Shown: positions 55,133 to 64,000 of the stretch, in pieces | Position numbering within the stretch: the first letter of the stretch is position 1 | Layout: each line of letters begins with the position of its first letter | Assembly: GCA_965644315.1 (NCBI GenBank) | Contig: CBFFRQ010000043.1 | Location: 248,001-312,000, forward strand | Origin: Caecitellus pseudoparvulus | Lineage: Eukaryota; Protista; Bigyra: Bicosoecida | Reading direction: 5' to 3' | DNA: 64,000 nucleotides | Made by a program: the position numbers and the translations under genes | Notes under the pieces: model-generated | Databases searched by the model: none | Seen by the model: the letters and a program-made list of their open reading frames with translations, nothing else | What the model was told of the DNA's origin: nothing

Positions 55133-57868
55133 ATGAGCCAGCCCCTGCTGAAACCTGATGGCACACTCTTGCTGCGGCCCGTGTTGTTGTGGTTCGCTGC
55201 TGAGCAGGATGAGGCAGCCTTCAGGCACGCCAGCGCCGCTCGACGGCTGCACCCGACGCAGGTAGTGGCCGGCTTGCTGGCCTTGCTTGCGATCTTGTCA
55301 ATGGCAGCAAGCGGTGAAGATTTATCTGACACGAACACCATGCTGGTCCTCATCATATGCCGGGTGGTGCCCGCCGTCGGTCTCTTCGTTGCGGCTTGTC
55401 TCGGGGCAACCTCGCACTGGCTCTGGTCCGCTGGCGCCGCGGCTTGCTGCGGGCTGCTGCCGCTGTCTGCAGCCATCATCGCCAATTTATGCGATGGTCG
55501 AGACGGCGCAGCCAGCAGCACGACCTGTGGCCCTGTCGTGGATGGCTTCCCTTCCTTCCTGCCCTTCGCTCTGCTGTGGGTGTCTCCCTTCATCATGAGC
55601 AGCGGACTTGGCGTGCGCTGGCTCGAGACTGCCGTCGCCTCCTCCATCGGCTACGCTGTGAGTCTTGGCATTGTCCTGAGCTCTGCTGGGGCAGAGCACG
55701 TGCTGCAGCCGCTGCTGACCTCCCTGGTCGCGCTGGCCGTGGGGCTGGCCTCGACCTATGCGAATGAGGTGGAGGCGCGCCTTTCCTTTAAGGCCACTGC
55801 CGCGGCTGACCGCCGACTGGAAAGCTTGGTGGAGGAGGCAGTCTCGTCCATGGTGTACAACGAGTCCCAGCAGCGTTTGAATGAGCTGGTCAAGCTCATG
55901 CCCGCCATGGTCAGCGAGCTGGACCCACAGGGCGTCGTGAAGTTCGTGTCGCCAGCGTCCCGGGCGCTGCTGGGGATCGCCCCCACTGACATGCTTGCTG
56001 CAGACTCCCTGCAGTTTGTCCACCCAGATGATCAACGCAAAGCGAAGAATGCGCTGAAGCGAGCGCTGGCAGCGGCACTGTCGACGGATGGCAGCGCTGG
56101 CGTGCCCAACGCTCGCCAGGCGTACGCCCGAGTGCTGCTGCGGCGGCGCCGGGCCAATCCCAACGGCACTTCTTCCTGGGTCAACATGGAGATGCACGTG
56201 TTCGTCGTGGACCGCCCTGGCCAAGACCCGGCCCTGGTCACGGTGGAGCGGCTGGCGACCTTCGCCGAGGTGGCGGCCGCAGCTGCCACGGCGCGCGGTG
56301 AGGATGGTGTGCACTCCACTGCCCCCCAGGAAGGCGCCGTTGGCACTGCCACGTTCGACCCTGAGCACGAGCGTAACCTGGGCTTTGCACTGGCCTACGC
56401 GTGCATGGCGGAGCGCATCCTGCCCACCGCCTCGGACCCGTCCACCTCGCCCCTCTTCCACGAGCGCGTTCGGGAGGGCCAGAGCATGCTGGCGGACGTC
56501 GTGGGCGGCATGACAGCTGCACTGCGCTGCAAGGCACACAACCTGCCCGTCACGGCGGTGGGGGACGTGAACATCCTGCACATGGTTGACGTCTGTGTCA
56601 GCATCGCCAAGGTGCTCGTGGGCTCCATCGTGCTGGAGGTGCACTCCGACTCCTCCGTGCCTGCTGCAGTGTCCTGCGATGGCCCCAAGGCCAGGGCGGC
56701 GCTCATGTCGCTGCTGATGGGTGCATTTGGGCGCTCCGGCCCTTCCCAACTGGGCACGGTGGCTGTGGTCCTCGTCAGGTCCGTCGTGCCCCAGCCAGGC
56801 GCGCCACCCAGCATCATTCGGCTCGAGTTGCAGGTAAAAGGAGCGGAGGGCAGCAAGGCCTCCATCACTGCTCGCCAGTTGTCAGCAGACTTGCAGTTGG
56901 ACCCCCTTGCTGACGTCATGGCACCCCCAGAGCGAGTGGGCTCTGACACTGCTCAGAACGAGGCCTTGCTGCCCACGAACAGGCTGCACAAGTACACGCT
57001 GGGGGCCAGCAGGCACCTTGCATTGAGCTTGGGCGGCAACCTTGGCGTGTCACCAGGTGCACCTGCCCTTTCTGACCCCTCTGGTGTCACGTTTTGGCTG
57101 CACATCCCAGTCACCACCCAGCCTCGCACTTTCACTGCCGGGCCCACGGCGGTGCCCCTGCCCATCCTGCGGCAGCGCATTGTATCAACTGCCATGCCTC
57201 GACTGACGAAGGACCCCTTTGCCCCGCACAACGTCCCTGTGCGTCTGACCTCAGCCGCTGGCGGCGCTGCCAGCCCAGGCGCAGGAGCAGCGAGCCCGGG
57301 CACGCCATCCTCCCCGACGACACCGGCGCCCGCGCCAGCCCCAGCTCCTGCCCCGAGACCTGCCCCAGGCCGTACGCTCCCGGCCAACATCCAGAACCTT
57401 GGCAAGCACATCATGTTCGTGGACGACGAGCACGTGAACCGCCGCCTAGGCTCGCGCATGCTGCAGCGCCTGGGGTGCACCTTCGACCTGTTGGAGGACG
57501 GCGACGAGGTGTCTGGGCGGCTGTCCAACACGGACAAGCCTTTCGACATGATCATCATCGACATCGTCATGCAGCGCACAGATGGTGCGGTTGTGTGTGC
57601 ACAGCTTCGAAATGCCGGAGTAGACTTGCCGATCATTGCCATGACTGGCAACACGGGCGCGCGGGATGTGAAGCGTTTCCTGACTGCCGGCTTCGACATG
57701 ATGCTGGCGAAGCCATTCGACATCACGGGGCTTGGCAGGGCAATCCTGGAGGCCCCTGCTCGCCGCGCGAGGACGCGAGCTCGCGCAGCGCAGCAGCGGG
57801 GCACAGCACAGGCAGCAGCTGCCGCTGCCGCTGCCGCTGCCGGTGTCGAGATTTCGGACGCGTCATGA
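55133..57868 (+). CDS. Membrane hybrid sensor: TM helices, PAS, degenerate His-kinase core and receiver domain
   Basis: PAS (VKFVSPASRALLG...FVHPDD) and receiver (MFVDDEHVN..DMIIIDIVM..IIAMTGN..LAKPF). Confidence 0.85.
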   Translation: MSQPLLKPDGTLLLRPVLLWFAAEQDEAAFRHASAARRLHPTQVVAGLLALLAILSMAASGEDLSDTNTMLVLIICRVVPAVGLFVAACLGATSHWLWSAGAAACCGLLPLSAAIIANLCDGRDGAASSTTCGPVVDGFPSFLPFALLWVSPFIMSSGLGVRWLETAVASSIGYAVSLGIVLSSAGAEHVLQPLLTSLVALAVGLASTYANEVEARLSFKATAAADRRLESLVEEAVSSMVYNESQQRLNELVKLMPAMVSELDPQGVVKFVSPASRALLGIAPTDMLAADSLQFVHPDDQRKAKNALKRALAAALSTDGSAGVPNARQAYARVLLRRRRANPNGTSSWVNMEMHVFVVDRPGQDPALVTVERLATFAEVAAAAATARGEDGVHSTAPQEGAVGTATFDPEHERNLGFALAYACMAERILPTASDPSTSPLFHERVREGQSMLADVVGGMTAALRCKAHNLPVTAVGDVNILHMVDVCVSIAKVLVGSIVLEVHSDSSVPAAVSCDGPKARAALMSLLMGAFGRSGPSQLGTVAVVLVRSVVPQPGAPPSIIRLELQVKGAEGSKASITARQLSADLQLDPLADVMAPPERVGSDTAQNEALLPTNRLHKYTLGASRHLALSLGGNLGVSPGAPALSDPSGVTFWLHIPVTTQPRTFTAGPTAVPLPILRQRIVSTAMPRLTKDPFAPHNVPVRLTSAAGGAASPGAGAASPGTPSSPTTPAPAPAPAPAPRPAPGRTLPANIQNLGKHIMFVDDEHVNRRLGSRMLQRLGCTFDLLEDGDEVSGRLSNTDKPFDMIIIDIVMQRTDGAVVCAQLRNAGVDLPIIAMTGNTGARDVKRFLTAGFDMMLAKPFDITGLGRAILEAPARRARTRARAAQQRGTAQAAAAAAAAAAGVEISDAS

Positions 57869-57898
57869 GGCCTCCGGTTCACTCGCAAATGCAAGCAT

Positions 57899-60085
57899 TT
57901 AGCTAACGATTTTCTGGTCCCATTCGCGACTCTGGTGGGCGTGGGCGCCCCACCGCAGCAGGCAGGGGATGTGTGTAGGGGCAGCCGAGGCAGCCTGCAG
58001 GCCTCCAGGGACTGGGGCTGGCGACAACTGGGCTTGCACAGACACCGTGGGCTGCCCAGTTGCATGTGGCGTGACGGCCACATCCAACACGACGCACCAG
58101 GCACCCCCAACAACCACACTCCACCCACACACCTGAACACCATGGCGGTGCCGCGGTGAGATCGTCAGCCGCCCGTCCTCCCATGCCAACCCGACAACGT
58201 GGCTGAGGCAGAGGGCGATGGGTCCGAGCCCACCCCACCCAACGAAGTTTGGGCGCGCTGGGTCACCAGCAGCATCTGAATCTGGGGCATAGTTTTCCCA
58301 AATGCGCCCAGTCTCGTGGAAGGTGCGTGCGACGGCACCGAGGTGGCTGGCGACCACCCGACATGCATCTGCGTCCTCCCCTCCAGCTTGCAGGGCAAGT
58401 GCAGCGGCATACACCATGGGGGGCCACACGCCGCCCTTCCAATAGTGCCCACTCGAACAGTACCCCTGTTCGTCAGCTGCCAGGGCCGGCACTAAGTGGT
58501 GCCTCCCAAACGTGGAGGGGTTGTGCAGGTGAGCAGCCATGGCCTTGATTCGCGCGCAGTGTTGTTTGGGGCAGGCTGACGCTGCTTCGGCTGTCAGCGT
58601 TACGTCAAAGTACGCCTGCAAGGCCAGAGGAACCCACCAGGCCGCGGCAGTCTTTATGCCAGTACTTGCACCAGTGCGGTCAACATCGCAGTACCAGCAG
58701 GCAGCCTCGTCCCATGCCTTGGCCTCACACCAGCTGGCCAAGGCATGGGCCTCCGAGACCACGTCAGCCATGCCAGCAGTTCCCGTGCCACCTTCGCCTT
58801 GAACAGTTGCAGCTTTAGCTAACGCTAGAAGCGCGACACAAGACAGGAGGGCTTGGGCGGTGGCATCCACCCACGACATGTGCCCGTGTGCTGTGGCTGC
58901 AACAGCAGCCCCTGCCTGTTTCATGTGCTCGGGTTCTAACCCAGAGGGCGACGGCACTCGATCAATGTTGTCCATCCCGCAAGCATAACCATTGCTCCAA
59001 TAAGAGCCATCTTGCCAGCTTCGATGTTTGCGCGTCCACCTGTGGTATGCTGCCAGGTGAGGCAGCACAGCCGCCGCGCGAGCCCGGTCCCCCGTTGCCC
59101 GCAAGTGCCGCCACTCACTCCATGCAAACAAGTTGGGGCCTGTGCCACAAGGGTGAGAGGGGTGCCATTGAAATGCACCGTTCCCTCGAATCTCCCGGCA
59201 AATGTACCCGTCTGGCACCTGCAGTGCGTAGAAGTTGTCCAGTGCCCGCTGCGCGGGAAATGTCCCGGGTGCCCACCGCCAGAATTCAAGCATGAAGACT
59301 GTATCCCACAGGAACAAACACCCATTAAAAGCGGCATCTGGATATGCTGCGACCAGTTTTGAACCCGGTGGTGCAGCCGTCATATTCTCCGTTGCCAGCC
59401 CCACTGCGTGTTCGTACAGCCTCTCAAGGTCTGGGGCCAGCCTGCTGACCAAGGTCTCCAGCCCACCTGCAGCACAGTCCAAATCCTTGACTGGAAGAAT
59501 TTTTACTGTTGGAAAGTGTTGGACATTGCCTCGCCCAGCTGGAAGCGGAGGAGCGCAGGGCAAGCTCTGCACCCCACCCCCGGATGCAAGTGCCGCTGCG
59601 AGCACACCAGACTTCTCAACGACGTTGAGGTAGCCATCTGACCCAACTTCTGGCGTATACACGTACAATGTGTCGCCAAAGGCAGGGCTTGCTGCAGGTT
59701 GCGCGGCCGTGCTCGGGCAATCCTGCTCGCCAGCAGAGCCTTCGAAGGTGCCTGTGGATGTGTGGCCTTCTGCTGGCGAGAATTGAAACCAGGTCTGCCC
59801 CCCATCAACTGACATCTTGGCACACCCTTCTTGGAGTTGGATCAGCATGCCTCGTGCTGAATCAGACAATAGGGCTTGTGGGGCAGAGCCATCTGTCGAT
59901 GTGGCATGGTCGCCTTCACCCTGCCGGTGCTCCTCACGGAAGGTGAAACCCTTCGGCGCTCCACTTGAGAAGAACTCCTCCCACAGAGCTTCTCCGCTTG
60001 CACTGCTGATCCGCTGCAAATAATCTCCGCAAGTGAAGGTGAAGCGTAGGCCTTTTCTGGGTAGTGCAGGAGCTGCAGCTGCCAT
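57899..60085 (-). CDS. GH63/MGH1-like (alpha/alpha)6 glycoside hydrolase
   Basis: AAFN..LFLWD..FM, LDNFYALQ..DGYICREI, GPNLFAWSEW, GMDN, YWKGGVWPP, IWENYAP and FVGWGG motifs. Confidence 0.85.
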   Translation of the reverse strand: MAAAAPALPRKGLRFTFTCGDYLQRISSASGEALWEEFFSSGAPKGFTFREEHRQGEGDHATSTDGSAPQALLSDSARGMLIQLQEGCAKMSVDGGQTWFQFSPAEGHTSTGTFEGSAGEQDCPSTAAQPAASPAFGDTLYVYTPEVGSDGYLNVVEKSGVLAAALASGGGVQSLPCAPPLPAGRGNVQHFPTVKILPVKDLDCAAGGLETLVSRLAPDLERLYEHAVGLATENMTAAPPGSKLVAAYPDAAFNGCLFLWDTVFMLEFWRWAPGTFPAQRALDNFYALQVPDGYICREIRGNGAFQWHPSHPCGTGPNLFAWSEWRHLRATGDRARAAAVLPHLAAYHRWTRKHRSWQDGSYWSNGYACGMDNIDRVPSPSGLEPEHMKQAGAAVAATAHGHMSWVDATAQALLSCVALLALAKAATVQGEGGTGTAGMADVVSEAHALASWCEAKAWDEAACWYCDVDRTGASTGIKTAAAWWVPLALQAYFDVTLTAEAASACPKQHCARIKAMAAHLHNPSTFGRHHLVPALAADEQGYCSSGHYWKGGVWPPMVYAAALALQAGGEDADACRVVASHLGAVARTFHETGRIWENYAPDSDAAGDPARPNFVGWGGLGPIALCLSHVVGLAWEDGRLTISPRHRHGVQVCGWSVVVGGAWCVVLDVAVTPHATGQPTVSVQAQLSPAPVPGGLQAASAAPTHIPCLLRWGAHAHQSREWDQKIVS

Positions 60086-60236
60086 GCCTGCCTGCGGAAA
60101 CCGCTTCGTCTCACACGACAGATGCGTCAACTGTGCAAACGAATCACCACTTCAAATTGCTAACCAGGGTGCAACCAAAGCAGACTGGTAAAATGTTAGA
60201 AGGTGAACAGTATTGTGGAAGAGCCTGCCCATCGCA

Positions 60237-61022
60237 ATGCGAATGGACGTGCCACGTGACACCTGTGATGCTGGCCAGCGACAGATCAAAGTGCGCCCGA
60301 CCTGCTCAGGAGCCCCAACCGTGCCAGGAGAGAGTCATACCAGCTCCAGCAAGCGCAAGTGGTTGCTTCCGTCAGGGACTGCAGGGAGCGCACTGCAGCA
60401 CGCAATCATCGTCTGGGCATGCGAAGCAGTTGTGCAAGGTTGGATCTTCGGCTGGACACCTGCTCCGCCTGGCTCAGCCGGGTTGCTGTTGCTGGATGAG
60501 GCTGTGCACAGCATAACCGCTGCGAGTGCTTGGTGGCTGGTCTCTCGAGTTTCTCGACAGTCGGTTTTTCCCTTCGCTGGCCAGGCCCGGGCAGCACTGT
60601 CACTGCTGTGCGCAGGGGGCTTGGGTGCTGTCTTTGACGTGGACCACTTTATTCACGTAGGCAGCTTGAGCTTGGAGCGTGCATCACACCTTGGAGAGCA
60701 AAGGCCAGTCTTGCATTGTGTGCCGATGGCTGCGGGGTGCCTTGCATGCTGCGCTGCGGCATTGTCGTGGGCGTCGCGGGGGCACGGGAGCGTGAAGGCA
60801 GGCTTCCACCGCCGATGGCTGCAGTGGTTCAGCATGGCTGGACTCGCATGGGGCCTGCACTTGCTGCGTGATGGCACCAGGAGAGGGATTTGGCTGTGGC
60901 CAAGCTCGCTGCACGCTTCCACAGCCCCCCTCCCATGGCCAGCGTACCTTGGCTTGGCAGTTAGCTCGCCTGTGCTGCTGGGGGTTTGCCTGGCATCGCC
61001 TCGGCCAAGCCTGCCCACGTGA
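60237..61022 (+). CDS. TMEM267: TMEM267-like membrane protein (start uncertain)
   Basis: DEAVH, DVDHFI..GSLSL..A..L..RPVLH and HLLRDGTRRGIWLWP motifs. Confidence 0.85.
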   Translation: MRMDVPRDTCDAGQRQIKVRPTCSGAPTVPGESHTSSSKRKWLLPSGTAGSALQHAIIVWACEAVVQGWIFGWTPAPPGSAGLLLLDEAVHSITAASAWWLVSRVSRQSVFPFAGQARAALSLLCAGGLGAVFDVDHFIHVGSLSLERASHLGEQRPVLHCVPMAAGCLACCAAALSWASRGHGSVKAGFHRRWLQWFSMAGLAWGLHLLRDGTRRGIWLWPSSLHASTAPLPWPAYLGLAVSSPVLLGVCLASPRPSLPT

Positions 61023-61031
61023 CAACACCCG

Positions 61032-64000
61032 TCACTCACCGCTGACTCCGCTGCCGTGCTCCCGAAGGCCCATGCGACTGCGGACATCTTCGCGGTTTTG
61101 TAGCTCCTGGCGCAGAGCGCCCCAGCCTTCCGTGTTGCGGGGGGAGTTGATGGGCAGGCGGCGCCACCTCGCCTTGCCCAAGTACTCGTACGGGATGCGC
61201 GCATGCTTGGGCACCATAGGCACACCTGGCTGGCCTGTCCACTGCGAGAAGTTGGTCGCAGATGTCACCAGCTCACCTTCGTACCCGACTTTGTCCGCAG
61301 CGCCACCATAGTCGGTTGGCGTGGCAAGAGCTGGGCGTGCCTGGCCTTTAGGTGTGCGAAGGGGGGCGGGGCCAAGCCCCCCTGCTCCCTGGACGGTAGA
61401 CCGCCTGCCCCCGACACTGCCAGGCCGACTAGAGAGCCTCGCTGATTTTGCTTGCTGCGGCGCGTGGGGTCGCTTGGCGCCAGTCCGGGACTTGCGGATA
61501 GAAGCACTTCGAGAGCTGAAGCCGCCGGCATCTGGGTCTCCCAGAGAAGCTAGCGGCGGAAGAGGCAGTCGCTGCTGGGGCGTGAGCGCCCTCGCATGGC
61601 CTGCATCACCCACCAGGTCGATGCTGGGGTCGAAGAGGGTGCCGTCCACCTCCCCGGGGGCGGCCCCCGAGTGAGGCCGCACGCTGTTCCCCACACCTCC
61701 ATGCTCCACCACCGCAGCCTCCTCCTGCTCAGAGTGCCCTGTCGCAGACATGGCTGCCATCCAGGCATGTGAGGAATCGCCTGTCGCCGTTTCCATGCTT
61801 TGAATGTCAAAGCGGTCGGATGTCAGTCCGTGCAAGACAGTCCGCGGGCGGCTGGGCGGAGGGATGACCATACCCTCCTCCATGGCAGCGATGCTGCGCC
61901 AGAACTCGGCATCCGCACCTTTTGTGCGTGTGCTTTGCTGAAGGTCACCGCCGCTCTTCGCGCCCTCTGAACGCTGCTTCACTCCTGATGAGTTGGAGCG
62001 CGGCACTTGGTCTGCCAGCCACTCACGGCGGCTCTGCAGCTTACGGCGATCGAAGCTGAATCCCCGTGCAGAGCGTGCCTGGCTTGCACTGCGAGCAGTG
62101 GCAGGGTCTCTACTCGAAGGTCGTACCTGAGGGTCAGCGCTGTCGTGGGACTGGGCTGAGTCTGCAATGGACTGCCCGCGGGACTCGGCAGCCAGTCCAG
62201 CGGGCGACAGCATCTTGTGGCCGACAAGGTCCGAATCCACTCGCTGCTCCATCCAACGCGACAGCCGTGACTGTCGCTCAGCAGGGGACAGCGTAATTGG
62301 TGAGCCGCCGCTAACGGGGGCCGCAACCTTTTCTTCGGCGACAGTCGCTGCAGAGGCGTCCTCGCTGCTGGCCCCACCTGTCGCTCCTGGACTGTGGCCA
62401 GCCATGGAGGACATGCGCCGCACTGTCCCGGCCAGCAAGCGAACCTTACGCTTGAACACGTGCTGCTTGTGGGTGCCCCCCTTCGCTCGCACTGCTTCTG
62501 GCAGTGCTTCACCACCCTCTCCTCCTCCCAGCATGCTGAGCCGGCGTACCGCGGCGGCAATCTCAACTGCTGCTGTATCAGACTCCCGCAGAACTCGAGG
62601 CCACCGCCTTGCTGCAGAAGCCTTGGCAAGCCCAGTGTCTGCTGACATGGTCACGAGCAAGGAGCCATCGGCCCGATGCAGCTTCACGTGCAGCCCGCCA
62701 GCACTGAGGAACAGCAGAGGAGCGCCGGACACTTGCACAGGCTGAATACCTGCCACGCTGTGCACGTGTGGCCTCCACTCTTTCAATGGGGACGTGAGGC
62801 ACGTCCCGGCATCCCCTTGCACCCGAGACACATCATACAAGCGCATGAACCCGCCATCATAGCCAACAGCCAGCAGCACTGTACCATCGCCCACTGCAGC
62901 GGCTGCCATCGCCGTGATGCTGCGCCGCACGGGCTCCGTAGGCGATCCAGCATCAGGGGCCGCTTGGCCGCTGTACACAGTGATGCCCTCAGACCATTCG
63001 GGGGTCAGAGGGCTCGTGCAGAAGCTTGTGTCGGGCGGTGGCTTCTTGAACTTCTCCATCCGTACGTGCCCATCCGAAGTGACCGTCACCACTGCCTTGC
63101 TCTGTTTCCTGGTCCCAGGTGGCACTGGCTTGGAGCGCAAGCGACCTGATGATACGCTGAGCACGTGGAGGCACCCATTCGCAGTACCTGCCAGCAGAAG
63201 GGGTGCGTGGGGCATGGCCACCAAAGACGTGACCGGGGCAGCTTGCAGGCTTCCTAGGCGCCCTACATCAAGGAGCCGGTGGGTGGCTGTGGGCTTGAAA
63301 GTGTTGGGGTTCCACAGGACCAGCAGTCCGTCAGCGGACCCTGTGCTCACCCAGGGTGCCACAGCCACGGCAGGGGCAACCTGTTGCCTTGGTGAGGCAT
63401 GCACGGTGTCTTCCGTCTGACTCCCCCCTCCCACTGCAATGCACAAGACATCTGCCCTTGAATACGCACCCGTCCCTGCAGCTGCTGCTGCTGCGTCAAC
63501 GATCGCAATACCAGCTTTCTGCTTGTAAGCTGGCGAAGGGGTTGTGTCTGCGTGGTGCGTTGCCTCGTCTTGCGCTGGCAGCACAAGCACCTCTGGGCTG
63601 GACATGTCCGACCCGAGGGTGGAGTCACGCCCGTCTACAGCAGCGGCTGCAGGTGAATGTGGACTGGCAGCCATAGCATCATCGACGAACCCCGATACAC
63701 CTTTGCGAGGGACTGGCACACGGGTCACACGAGGGCCACCAACAGAGGTGCCCAGCGTGCCTGAAGTACTGGTGGCTTTCTGGGCTCTAGCTTGAATGCT
63801 TGTGCCTGGGGCAATGATGCTGTTTGTTGCTATTTGCTCTGCTAGCTTGCTCTCCCGAGAACGCCCTTGCTTGAGCAGATCCCCGCTTCCGGTGGCCTCA
63901 TCCTCCACGTCTCCTGGTACGTCCCCACGGGCACGCCCCACACGCCTGGCTCGCTCGTGTTCCGAAAGGGTGAGCAGCAAGCTGGTTCTCGTGCGTTGGC
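61032..64000 (-). CDS. Large protein with divergent WD40 repeats, 5' end outside window
   Basis: VSTGSADGLLVLWN, LLLAGTANGCLHV, LAVGYDGGFMRLYD and WRPHVHSV repeats in a >980-aa open frame. Confidence 0.7.
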   Translation of the reverse strand, partial: QRTRTSLLLTLSEHERARRVGRARGDVPGDVEDEATGSGDLLKQGRSRESKLAEQIATNSIIAPGTSIQARAQKATSTSGTLGTSVGGPRVTRVPVPRKGVSGFVDDAMAASPHSPAAAAVDGRDSTLGSDMSSPEVLVLPAQDEATHHADTTPSPAYKQKAGIAIVDAAAAAAGTGAYSRADVLCIAVGGGSQTEDTVHASPRQQVAPAVAVAPWVSTGSADGLLVLWNPNTFKPTATHRLLDVGRLGSLQAAPVTSLVAMPHAPLLLAGTANGCLHVLSVSSGRLRSKPVPPGTRKQSKAVVTVTSDGHVRMEKFKKPPPDTSFCTSPLTPEWSEGITVYSGQAAPDAGSPTEPVRRSITAMAAAAVGDGTVLLAVGYDGGFMRLYDVSRVQGDAGTCLTSPLKEWRPHVHSVAGIQPVQVSGAPLLFLSAGGLHVKLHRADGSLLVTMSADTGLAKASAARRWPRVLRESDTAAVEIAAAVRRLSMLGGGEGGEALPEAVRAKGGTHKQHVFKRKVRLLAGTVRRMSSMAGHSPGATGGASSEDASAATVAEEKVAAPVSGGSPITLSPAERQSRLSRWMEQRVDSDLVGHKMLSPAGLAAESRGQSIADSAQSHDSADPQVRPSSRDPATARSASQARSARGFSFDRRKLQSRREWLADQVPRSNSSGVKQRSEGAKSGGDLQQSTRTKGADAEFWRSIAAMEEGMVIPPPSRPRTVLHGLTSDRFDIQSMETATGDSSHAWMAAMSATGHSEQEEAAVVEHGGVGNSVRPHSGAAPGEVDGTLFDPSIDLVGDAGHARALTPQQRLPLPPLASLGDPDAGGFSSRSASIRKSRTGAKRPHAPQQAKSARLSSRPGSVGGRRSTVQGAGGLGPAPLRTPKGQARPALATPTDYGGAADKVGYEGELVTSATNFSQWTGQPGVPMVPKHARIPYEYLGKARWRRLPINSPRNTEGWGALRQELQNREDVRSRMGLREHGSGVSGE

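Overview
Gene-dense, GC-rich eukaryotic nuclear DNA with short GT-AG introns (donors mostly GTGCGT/GTGAG). The gene content (EFHC1/Rib72, GAF-PI3K, hybrid His-kinase, Crinkler/RHS-type protein) suggests a flagellated heterotrophic protist, possibly a stramenopile; this is inference only. About 24 protein genes were identified. The left end holds a Plavaka/CMC-like transposase fragment, a Crinkler/RHS-like NTPase-nuclease gene, and a probably mitochondrion-targeted protein built from exon+intron tandem repeats. These are followed by RING-H2, MAP65/PRC1, Ap4A phosphorylase, an MGME1-like PD-(D/E)XK nuclease next to a 5 x ~212-bp non-coding tandem array, a cNMP-GAF-PI3K pseudokinase, COX5B-like, SLC19-like, UPF0193-like, a secreted Cys-rich protein, a repeat protein, a PH protein, GBF1, NDUFB10, VPS9, WD40, EFHC1, carnitine acyltransferase, a degenerate hybrid His-kinase, a bacterial-like GH63, TMEM267 and a partial WD40 gene. 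Two recurrent cis-motifs stand out. AATGCA lies just downstream of many stop codons and is palindromic (AATGCATT) between convergent genes, making it a candidate poly(A) signal. GCGGAAATT recurs in introns and near start codons. No rRNA, tRNA or CRISPR array was recognised. All calls were made by eye from motifs; exon boundaries are approximate.
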